Positions 1-8,301 of a stretch of 64,000 nucleotides of DNA are shown in pieces. The stretch is from NCBI GenBank assembly GCA_035258805.1, contig DATFWY010000251.1, positions 843 through 64,842 on the forward strand, given 5' to 3'. The position numbers and the translations under genes are program-made. Each line of letters starts with the position of its first letter. The first letter of the stretch is position 1. This DNA comes from Blastocatellia bacterium. GTDB taxonomy: Bacteria > Acidobacteriota > Blastocatellia > UBA7656. The notes below the pieces were generated by a model that was not told the origin of the DNA, searched no databases, and saw nothing but the letters and a program-made list of their open reading frames with translations.

Positions 1-1924
1 AGATCTTCACCCGATGGAGCAGCCTCTGAAGGGCCAGGATTGCCCGGCCACGATCGGCTTCGAACCGAGCGTAAAGATTGTGGGCCAGCGGCAAGTCCGG
101 ATTCAGCCGAAAGGCCCGTTGAAACGCCTGGTCGGCTAGTTCCAGGTCCTGGTCAGCGTGTGAGCTCCACTTGGCTTGCCACCAGTAGCAGCGGCCCAGA
201 CGCGCCCAGGTTGGTGCGTACTGAGGGTCGAGTTCCACAGACCGCTCGTAGAGAACGCGCGCGTCCGAGATCTGCCGCACGTCCTGCGCAGCTTCGTTCG
301 CGCGCAGATAGAGTTCGTAAGCGATGGCGTTGGCGGGAACATCACGCTCGACCATCTCACGTTCTCTCGACGTAAGCGGCACGGAGAGTGAATCGACAAT
401 GCGGTTCACAAGATCGTCGTGTACCTGGAATATGTCCCCCAGGTCTACCTGAGCAGTATGGGACCAGATCAACGTCCCGGATGGTGCTTCGACTAACTGC
501 GCACTCAAGCGAACTTGATCGCCCGCTCTCAGCAACGTGCCCGTCAGCACCGTATTGACAGCCGCTTCGGTAGCGATCACCCGCAGATCCGGATCGGCGT
601 TCGCAAACCGTGATGCAGACAGGCTTGACCGGATCACTAACGAATTCAGTCCCGCAAGGGAACTACTAATGGCATCGGGCAAGCTGAACGCGAGAAATTC
701 CGTCTCTTCGTCTGGTCGGAGCATTCGGAAAGGCAGCACTATCAATCGCCGTTCACCGCCCAGGGTCGCGACACCGGCTCCGATACTTAGGGCGCGCTGA
801 TCCCGGACCATGCTCGCGGACGGGATTCGCTGCAGTTCCGCTTGCACCTCAAGGTCGCGTTTGAGCTGTTTGAGATCGATCAGTAGGTCCGATACGGTTT
901 GGTAACGTGCGCTGGCGTCTTTGCGCATAGTCTTACTGACGATGCGCTCCAACTCCCGCGGAACGTCCGGCATTTGATGCTCGAGCATGTCCGGCTCACG
1001 ATTCAGAATTGCGCTTAACACGTCCAGCATCGTGGGCCCTGCAAACGGCTGCCGCCCAGCCAACATTTCATAGAGCACGCACCCCAGGCTCCAAATGTCC
1101 GTGCGCGCATCGACTTCGAGTCCGCGCGCCTGCTCCGGCGACATATAATTGGCCGTACCCATCACTACCCCGGGCTGCGTCTCAAGCTTTTGCCGTGTCG
1201 GTGCTAAGCTGTCGCTGCCTGCGGTTGACTCGGTGAGTTTCGCCAGGCCAAAGTCCAGGACTTTCAAGAAGCCATCAGTGCGCAGCATCAGATTCTCCGG
1301 CTTGATGTCACGATGGATAATTCCGGCCTGATGCGCTACCGCCAGTGCGCTCGCCACCTGAACTGCTACATCCAACACCTCGCCCACGGTCATGTGCGCG
1401 CCCGTCATGTGATCGCGCAGCGTCTCTCCTTCAACGTATTCAGTGGCGATGAAGTGCAGTGAGTCTTCCTGCCCAATCTCATGAATGGTTAGGATGTTGG
1501 GATGATTGAGCGCCGAAGCTGAGCGCGCCTCCTGCCGGAACCGCCGCAGGCGGTCCTCATCTTTGGTTACGTCGCCGCGCAACAGTTTGAGCGCGACCTT
1601 TCGACCGAGGCTCGTATCGTGGGCCAGGAATACCTCACCCATTCCGCCGCGCCCGATGCGGCTCAGTACTTGGTAATGGCCGATTTGTTTGCCTACGATT
1701 CGACCTGCCTGGTCATCGGCGAGCATCTCGGTGACTGCTTCAGCGGCGACTGCTTTAATGGAATCCCCGGCTTGATCGTGAGAAGAGATGAGCGATTCTA
1801 CTTCGCTGCGGAGAAGCGCATCGTGACCGCAGGCTTGGGCTACAAATGCGGACCGCTCCGCCCGATTGCGCTCAAGTGCGGTTTGAAAAATCTGTTTTAC
1901 TTGCTGCCACCGCTCTGGTGTCAT
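1..1924 (-). CDS. Ser/Thr protein kinase with TolB-like and TPR C-terminal region (runs off the left edge)
   Basis: Not in the ORF track, probably because no stop lies in the window. Manual translation from ATG 1924: MTPERWQQV, GRGGMGEV, VALK, HRDIKPEN, DFGLAK, GTANYMSPEQ, then LIVLPF and TPR-like helices. The start and the last codons near base 1 are in the same frame. Confidence 0.9.
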   Translation of the reverse strand, partial: MTPERWQQVKQIFQTALERNRAERSAFVAQACGHDALLRSEVESLISSHDQAGDSIKAVAAEAVTEMLADDQAGRIVGKQIGHYQVLSRIGRGGMGEVFLAHDTSLGRKVALKLLRGDVTKDEDRLRRFRQEARSASALNHPNILTIHEIGQEDSLHFIATEYVEGETLRDHMTGAHMTVGEVLDVAVQVASALAVAHQAGIIHRDIKPENLMLRTDGFLKVLDFGLAKLTESTAGSDSLAPTRQKLETQPGVVMGTANYMSPEQARGLEVDARTDIWSLGCVLYEMLAGRQPFAGPTMLDVLSAILNREPDMLEHQMPDVPRELERIVSKTMRKDASARYQTVSDLLIDLKQLKRDLEVQAELQRIPSASMVRDQRALSIGAGVATLGGERRLIVLPFRMLRPDEETEFLAFSLPDAISSSLAGLNSLVIRSSLSASRFANADPDLRVIATEAAVNTVLTGTLLRAGDQVRLSAQLVEAPSGTLIWSHTAQVDLGDIFQVHDDLVNRIVDSLSVPLTSREREMVERDVPANAIAYELYLRANEAAQDVRQISDARVLYERSVELDPQYAPTWARLGRCYWWQAKWSSHADQDLELADQAFQRAFRLNPDLPLAHNLYARFEADRGRAILALQRLLHRVKI

Positions 1925-2095
1925 AATTTAAAGCGGCAAGTAACGAGTAATTGATCACCCTCCTCTCTAATCAATAAGGAGGTCAGTGACAGGCTTGCGC
2001 GAAGGCGTTGCCATAGAGAATGAGGAACCCGGGGAGATTCATTCCTTTGGTTCTGCCTAATTTACTCCTCTGTTCATAATAGAATCAATCAAAAG
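1270..2095. repeat. ~825-bp diverged direct repeat, copy 1 (kinase 5' part, sigma stub and upstream DNA); copy 2 at 12496-13320
   Basis: Colinear similarity from agccatcag to atcaatcaaaag in both copies, including non-coding sequence. Confidence 0.9.
1925..2014 (-). pseudogene. N-terminal stub of an ECF sigma factor (TIGR02999/Sigma70_ECF type)
   Basis: ATG 2014 reads MATPSRKPVTDLLID*RG(G)DQ, resembling the V-T-x-L-L-x-D-W-x-x-G-D start of kinase-linked ECF sigmas. It has a premature stop and a frameshift, and the rest of the gene is missing. Confidence 0.55.
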
Positions 2096-2208
2096 TGGGG
2101 CATTCAGTTGTTGACCCGTAGGGGAAGCTCGATCTCGATTGCTCCGTCAGGTCCTGGATGCTCTTGCTTTGTTACTTGTCTGAATTCCGGGTCGAATCCT
2201 TCAAGCTT

Positions 2209-2690
2209 CGCGTTGTTCTACGTCGCGCTTTGGGTCAGGCATACAACTGGGGACTAGTCGCCGAAACGTCGCCACGCTAGTCGATCCGCCTCGCACCGTA
2301 AAGCCAGAGATACGTCATGACCATCGAGGAAACGAAAGAGTTTCAAATAGCGTGCACAGGTAACCGGCTTGAAGCATTATTCACTGTCGTACTCGCGATG
2401 GGATTACCGTCAGGGTGAAGCTCTCGGCTTGCGGTGGGAAGATGTTGATTGGGAGTCCGTCGTGTTGCGTGCGTCATTCTCTTCAGCGCATCAATCGTAA
2501 GCTAATGCTAAAGGAAGTGAAGACCAAGAGCAGTCGTCGAGACTTGCCTTTAGTGGATGTCGTGGCCAACAGTCTACGAGCCCATCGGAGCCGTCAGCTC
2601 GCAAAAGACTTGTAGCGGGAAAGGATTGGCAAGAGACCGGGTTGGTGTTCACGACTATGATTGGGACTCCCCTCGACGCTCGTATAGTTG
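2209..2690 (+). pseudogene. Tyrosine recombinase/integrase relic 1
   Basis: Across frameshifts: RVVLRRALGQAYNWGLV, DPPR, NRLEALFTV, RQGEALGLRWEDVDW, KTKSSRRDLPL, LVFTT. Paralogous to 14633-15274. The catalytic C-terminus is missing. Confidence 0.8.
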
Positions 2691-2912
2691 TTGCTAGAGC
2701 GCTACAAGTTGGATGGGTTTAACATCGCGGTTAACGACGGCGTCGCAGCAGGACAAACCATCGAACACGCGCACATTCACGTGATTCCTCGGCGGAACGG
2801 CGATGTCGCTGATCCGAGAGGAGGAGCGAGGAATATCATTCCGGAGAGGGCGAGATACGGGAAGCCTAAGCAATGGTGCCAACAGACGATGAACAGGTTC
2901 AGTTTCTTCTAA
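2688..2912 (+). pseudogene. HIT-family protein, C-terminal fragment
   Basis: DGFNIAVNDGVAAGQTIEHAHIHVIPRR contains the HxHxH triad. The N-terminal half is absent and the fragment abuts the integrase relic. Confidence 0.75.
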
Positions 2913-3033
2913 AGACACAGCGCCTGCTGGGCGAGGTCCTGTTCACTGCGACATACAAGGTCGCACCCTTCTGACCGTCTCACCAGGCTACTGGGTACTG
3001 AGATTTGGGGTTACTACAGCGAGCAGAGTGAAG

Positions 3034-3966
3034 CTACTGCTTCTTGAGCCTGGCACTCTCTTTTACGCCCATGAGCTCGTGCATCACTTCGTTATAGTAG
3101 GGCTTGTCCTTAAGAGCCGCGTGCGATGCCGGGAAATAAACAAGTGTAATCCTCGCGACCGCTTGTTCGAAGCTGCGCAACACGATTGCACAGCGATAGC
3201 CGTCTGGCAGGCGAATATTGTCGATCATAGGTAAATCGCAAAATCCTACACAGAATACCGAATCAACAGCCGTCGCGTCCCGCTGCTCTGGGCTCCTCAC
3301 CTCCAACAGCACTCGTATTTCTTTCCTCTCGCTATTCACACTAAGCGCGGTCAGCTTAAAGTCTCTCTGCGGAGCAATCAATTCCAATTCTTGCCCACTT
3401 TTTGTGGACTGCTCCAGTTTTGGTAGCGAGGTGTCAATTACAACTAGCCCGTCTGGCTTGACCTCACCCTCAAGGGTTACCGGGGTGCTGTTTTCAAAAT
3501 AGACGTCGGCATCAAGCTTCCCCTCAGCCTCTAGTGAGGTAAGTTGCCTGGCGATCACATCCTTTGCAAGTTGTTCCAATCGACCCTCATACTTTTTCCT
3601 TTTCTGCCCCGAACTATCACCTTCTACGACTCGTCTGTAAACGTCCTTGAAGAGAGGGCCGAGATCGATCGACTCGTGAAAATTATAGGCTAGCAGTTCC
3701 AGATCCAACACTTCCCTGTCTAATGTCTGGGGATTTGACTCTGCGAAGGTTTTGATCGCTGAGTTAAACATGTCTTTGCGAAGGGAGGTATCCGCTTCCT
3801 CTCTTTTGCCCATCAAATCAGCGTAGAATTTGGCTTTGGTGTCTTCAGCCTGACGAGCATTGAGCTGGAATCCAATCAGAGCCACCGCCACCGCGGTAAG
3901 CAAACCGCCCACAGGCGACAGAATAATTTGCGCTTTGTCCCATCCGTCCTTAGTTCCGCTTGTCAC
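3034..3966 (-). CDS. Hypothetical protein, N-terminal membrane anchor
   Basis: 310-aa ORF, GTG start with GAGGAGG RBS, one hydrophobic segment near the N-terminus. Confidence 0.75.
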   Translation of the reverse strand: MTSGTKDGWDKAQIILSPVGGLLTAVAVALIGFQLNARQAEDTKAKFYADLMGKREEADTSLRKDMFNSAIKTFAESNPQTLDREVLDLELLAYNFHESIDLGPLFKDVYRRVVEGDSSGQKRKKYEGRLEQLAKDVIARQLTSLEAEGKLDADVYFENSTPVTLEGEVKPDGLVVIDTSLPKLEQSTKSGQELELIAPQRDFKLTALSVNSERKEIRVLLEVRSPEQRDATAVDSVFCVGFCDLPMIDNIRLPDGYRCAIVLRSFEQAVARITLVYFPASHAALKDKPYYNEVMHELMGVKESARLKKQ

Positions 3967-3968
3967 TA

Positions 3969-4340
3969 CTACCTCCTCTTCAAGACATATCGCCCATTCT
4001 CATTTACCAGTTCGAAATCGTATCGTGCGGGATCATTGGACGAGACAACAAAGGCAGGGTCCGTCCACTGATTGGAATACTTCACTTTCAATTCGCACCT
4101 CATTCCTGGCGGAACGTCAGTGCTGTAAGCCCCATAGTCATCAGTTTTGATGGTTATCGAAGGACGACCACTACATGTAATCTGTACCTCCACTCCGCTT
4201 CCGACCGAGCGTCCGCCCTCTTTCAAATTTCCGAAGACTTTACCAGCGAAAGCGGGAGATGCAAGAAGGAGGATGAACGTCGCTAAGAGAGCAATGCGGT
4301 TCATTATGTTAGCCTCCGCGAAGGAAATGTATCCAGCCAA
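3969..4340 (-). CDS. Hypothetical small secreted beta-sandwich-like protein
   Basis: Signal peptide MNRIALLATFILLLASPAFA; TDDYGAYS resembles carboxypeptidase-regulatory-like domains; 2-bp gap to the next gene. Confidence 0.7.
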   Translation of the reverse strand: MAGYISFAEANIMNRIALLATFILLLASPAFAGKVFGNLKEGGRSVGSGVEVQITCSGRPSITIKTDDYGAYSTDVPPGMRCELKVKYSNQWTDPAFVVSSNDPARYDFELVNENGRYVLKRR

Positions 4341-4898
4341 CCCGACGCAGGGTTCGGTTCTTCATTGTTATCAGGGATGCATTACACCGAGATTCCGAAA
4401 CGAATGTAGTTTTCACCCAACATTACGAGCAACGCTATCCACGAGCTTGTTTAAAGTCCCAGAGACGCGCTCCACATTGAACGATGACGATGATGTGTAG
4501 TGTAGCTACCCGCAATCGTTTCCGGACCTCCAGCATGACAGGTGACGTAACCTGGTCAAGCATCACGACCTGCTACACGAATTTTGATGGTCCATCGTAG
4601 TTTAGCCTAGAGAGCCGATCTTACAACTGGCAATTATTACAGGTCCTTAGGTGCGGACGAGGATCCTTGAGCGAAGTTGTCGCGTCAACAGATCCGAATA
4701 GGATTTTAATTGCAGAGTTGCTCGGTTTGAATGAGTTTCGTCATTGTCGCAAAGAGTTCAGAGAGGGTCCGGCCCTCGTATGAAGAACCGTGCCATTTCG
4801 CCCCGCTTCTTGACCATCTAAGTAACCGCATTTGATCCACGGAACCTCTGTTATCTCATATATCGTAATAATTAGTAATCTCAGATGGTAGGCCTAGT

Positions 4899-5534
4899 AT
4901 GAGCCTGCGTTATTGCCAGAATTGCGGCATTGAAATCAAGAGGATTCCAGTGAGCGTTACTGGAAATGTACTAGAAGTTGAGCCCCATTTCTGCCGCAGT
5001 TGCGGGCAAGCGCTCGTTTCGCCTGTATTTGTGGATTCTGAATGGGATTCCGACGATCTTGAAGTTGATTCGGAATTTGACATCTATGATTTCAAAAACG
5101 TACAAGAAATTGCGAACATAGCTATACCTGAGAATGCTAAGGAGCTTACGCTTGAACAACTCCGGAAGCATGCGGTTCAAGCAATATGGAAGCGACTAAC
5201 AGGAATTGACCCCTTCCCAGACCCTGAAACCGAAGCTGCGGTCGCCCGCGAACATGAGCGGCAAATGCAAGTCTTCATAGAACGTGGGACTCCGCCCAGC
5301 ATGGCGCTCCCTGCTTCTCATCATCAGGCAGGTCAACGCCTCGCGGACTCACTCCAAAAACATCACCTTGCCTGGGTAAATGGGCTAGTTTCACACGTAA
5401 GCTGGACAGCGGAAGAGGTGGAGACATATAGGCCAATAGTAGCAAAGTTTTACTACACAATTGAGCCTTGTGACTGCGATGCTGTTGAATACGTGCCGAG
5501 TGAGACTGCTACAGGATTCCTGCGCAAAGCGTGA
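4899..5534 (+). CDS. Hypothetical protein with N-terminal zinc ribbon
   Basis: CQNC...CRSC pairs; 211-aa ATG ORF. Confidence 0.6.
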   Translation: MSLRYCQNCGIEIKRIPVSVTGNVLEVEPHFCRSCGQALVSPVFVDSEWDSDDLEVDSEFDIYDFKNVQEIANIAIPENAKELTLEQLRKHAVQAIWKRLTGIDPFPDPETEAAVAREHERQMQVFIERGTPPSMALPASHHQAGQRLADSLQKHHLAWVNGLVSHVSWTAEEVETYRPIVAKFYYTIEPCDCDAVEYVPSETATGFLRKA

Positions 5535-5753
5535 GTCGCTCTGAAATCGCGCCTCAACCACTCTTTAAAAGTTTGCCTTCAGCGCAAGGTTAGATCGTCG
5601 GCCATCGTACTCGAAGAACCGTGCCTTTTATTTGTGGTTTCCCGCCTCGATGAGTATCTCTTTTAAAAGAAAATCTTAGAATTCGAGTCTGCGTAGGCAA
5701 TCGGCGACTACCGCCGAATGACAAATTACTCTTGTGTATTTGTAAAGGATTTA

Positions 5754-5880
5754 CTATTGTTTGCTATATGGCTGCCAAAGCAAACCGATGGTTAGTGTGT
5801 TGGCCTCCGGCATATCGCAAGCGATGAACTTTACATCGCTGTCTCGCAACTTAAAGATGAATGCCACTGAAGCACATAGG
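5754..5880 (-). pseudogene. Serine recombinase (resolvase) fragment
   Basis: VAFIFKLRDSDVKFIACDMPEANTLTIGL resembles the segment that follows the DRLxR motif in resolvases. Confidence 0.5.
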
Positions 5881-5979
5881 ACACCTTCGGTCCAGGTCGA
5901 GCGCGCACGGTCTATTCTTATATCATGAGAGCACAATTGATTGTAGCCCGACCGGTACCTACAATCAGTCTTAGCGGTC

Positions 5980-6182
5980 CTACAACTTCCTGAGGTACGC
6001 CAGCAACGCGGCGCGCTCATCCTCAGCGATGAACCCCCGATCCACGACAAGGCCGTTGGACGAAACAATCGGCGGTAAGTTGGCGGCGGATTCAGCCGAG
6101 CCGCCCGCCGGAACATGGCGTCGTAATGATCGAGCACCTCTTCAAGCGTTGCCGCGGAATTGTTGTGGAAATAGGGTTTTGA
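5980..6182 (-). pseudogene. C-terminal fragment of a cytochrome c peroxidase/MauG-like protein
   Basis: PYFHNNSAATLEEVLDHY, then after a frameshift ERAALLAYLRKL*. Confidence 0.55.
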
Positions 6183-6358
6183 ACCCTCGCCCTCCTGATC
6201 CACAGTTTGATGAAGGTCGTCCATAACGTACTGTTGCGTGCTATCTCGTTAAGAAAATTGCACTGTCTTTCCACTACGTCCTGAGGAGGCGCGTGCCCGT
6301 GATACAGAGCACGCAATGACAGGGCCAAAGTACCGCGCTCAGACGCGTTGCAGCAATA

Positions 6359-7399
6359 TTATTTACCAGATTTGCCCAATAAGAATGCGCGCATCTCTCG
6401 TACCACTTCGTCCTGTTTTTGGATGAAGCAAGAGTGGTCAGTGTTCGGCATTTCGATGACCCGCCCCCGCACCATCTCTCTTTTGAACCGGGCAATATTC
6501 TCTCTTTGATGCGGGATCAGGACCTGCTCGATAAAATCCTTCATTTTCTTTCGCGACGCTTCATCAGGAAAAACCTCACACATCGCGGCAACATCATATA
6601 AAGCATAGAAGCTCAATGCCGCTGCTTTCACTTTTGTATAATCAGGATGAGATTCGTCAGACCCTTTGCGCATAGCTGCATAAACCGCATCAGGTGTTGC
6701 TCTCTGGTAGACTCCTTCTTGCGGATCGAAGATGATAATATCACGCAGGTCTGCTTCCCAGGCGTCCGTCCACGGTTTAGACCAGTTTTTCATCACCCAC
6801 TCGTGAACATTTTCAAAAGAGGCTCGATCTGCTTTTGAGGCTGCTGGCGGTGAGGGAGCCTGCTTAAATTTTTCAGGCAATCCTGCATAATCGTATGCCG
6901 CGTCCAGATAAACCAATCTTTCGACACGATCAGGGTATACCTCTGCAAATCTTGTTAGTTCATTTCCGGCAAGTGAATGCCCAACTAAAGTGACACGCCT
7001 AATCTTCATCAAATCAAGGAACTGCCTGATGTCTTCAACGAGCGTTCCCGTATCGTACCCACTTTCGGGTTTATCAGATTTGCCCTGCCCCCGTCTTGTC
7101 AACCCCAGGACGCGAAAGCTATCTGTAAATTTTGGCGCTAAATCATCGAAGATGTGCGCTGAGTCGCCCATCCCAGTAAGGAAGAGTAAGGGCTCATTCT
7201 TGCCGCCCCAATCCAAGTAGTGAAGCCTGATTCCGTTTACTACGACGAAGCCGACTTTGTGGGGAGATTTATCCACCCAGGTGTCAGTAGCGTGAATAGC
7301 TTGAACTGTGCTGCGGGAAGATTCCTTCTTGTCCACTGTTTGACCGAGAATCAGAGGCGGCAGGGAAATCATCAAGACTACGAGTCGACGTTTCATCAC
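6359..7399 (-). CDS. Secreted alpha/beta hydrolase with canonical triad
   Basis: GHSLAG nucleophile elbow, YLDAA, C-terminal DHSCF His; signal-like N-terminus. Confidence 0.9.
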   Translation of the reverse strand: MMKRRLVVLMISLPPLILGQTVDKKESSRSTVQAIHATDTWVDKSPHKVGFVVVNGIRLHYLDWGGKNEPLLFLTGMGDSAHIFDDLAPKFTDSFRVLGLTRRGQGKSDKPESGYDTGTLVEDIRQFLDLMKIRRVTLVGHSLAGNELTRFAEVYPDRVERLVYLDAAYDYAGLPEKFKQAPSPPAASKADRASFENVHEWVMKNWSKPWTDAWEADLRDIIIFDPQEGVYQRATPDAVYAAMRKGSDESHPDYTKVKAAALSFYALYDVAAMCEVFPDEASRKKMKDFIEQVLIPHQRENIARFKREMVRGRVIEMPNTDHSCFIQKQDEVVREMRAFLLGKSGK

Positions 7400-7503
7400 G
7401 TATATAGGGAAGATTCTGGATCGAGTTCAGTTAAGCTACAAAACTTATAATCGAGGGAAACGAGCTTGTATTCCTGGTCGCTGGATCTTCCCAGGAAAGC
7501 GCA

Positions 7504-8175
7504 TTATTTACTCGCGCTGTTCTTCTCCAGCTTTTCTGCGCTCTTGCTGATCCTGCGGCTAAGCTCGATGATGCTGTCAAGATCACGAGCAGCCTGCTTT
7601 TGAAATGTGGGATCAATCGACCCGTCACTGTAGAAGACTGGATTTGTGACAAACTTGGTAATCAGTTTCTTGAGGTCAGACAGAGGATTAGCGATTTGAT
7701 CGTGGTCTAATTCGCTCGATGCCGTTTTCTTCTTTTCAGCCACGATTACAGGAAGCAAGAGGTTAGATTTGAGTCTTGTCGCCCGCCTTTCAACTTCGGC
7801 TGTTTTTTCAAAAACATCCTTGTAATCAAGCGCCATCCCAGGCGAGATAAGTGGTTGCTCATTGATTTCCAATAGACGCTTGAAGTCCTCGGTAGCTTGT
7901 TTCAATGCAATCTCTTTGTCTCGTTGGTTGGGTTTGGCTTTCTCCTTCGAGATCACCTTTATCATCTCTAAATCGCTGAAGTGCTTATCACGCTCCATCC
8001 TGTCGACGTCCGCTCCGCTGGGTTGGGGATAGAACGTCGGTTTCGAACTCGAACTGGACGGCGATTTAGTTGGGGATTGCTGGGCAAGGAGTAGAGTCGA
8101 GATTGCCAAAACAAGAACAGCCGCCGCTAAGGTCGTCGACGCCGTTGCAATGCGAGCAGAGAAAGCGTTTTTCAT
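7504..8175 (-). CDS. Hypothetical secreted helical protein
   Basis: Likely ATG 8175 with RBS (track start 8226); signal peptide, Ser/Pro linker, helical body. Confidence 0.7.
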   Translation of the reverse strand: MKNAFSARIATASTTLAAAVLVLAISTLLLAQQSPTKSPSSSSSKPTFYPQPSGADVDRMERDKHFSDLEMIKVISKEKAKPNQRDKEIALKQATEDFKRLLEINEQPLISPGMALDYKDVFEKTAEVERRATRLKSNLLLPVIVAEKKKTASSELDHDQIANPLSDLKKLITKFVTNPVFYSDGSIDPTFQKQAARDLDSIIELSRRISKSAEKLEKNSASK

Positions 8176-8254
8176 TTCAATTCCCCCTTTCTCCGCGGAG
8201 CATTTCATGCAAGCACCGCGAGTCAACTATCTCGTCCGGTTACTGCAATGAGAC

Positions 8255-8278
8255 GTGGGGAGCCGATGGGCTCCCCAC
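8255..8278 (-). terminator. 10-bp perfect hairpin after the receptor gene (terminator or mRNA-stabilising stem)
   Basis: gtggggagcc-gatg-ggctccccac, 24 bp past the stop at 8302; U-tract is weak. Confidence 0.5.
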
Positions 8279-8301
8279 CTGTTAGCTGCAGCCGGTTCAG
8301 C

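Noticed and set aside
1976-1983. Perfect AAGGAGGT on the plus strand (also near 13198) as an RBS
   Set aside because: No plausible plus-strand ORF follows; it is the antisense of the D-L-L codons in the sigma stub.
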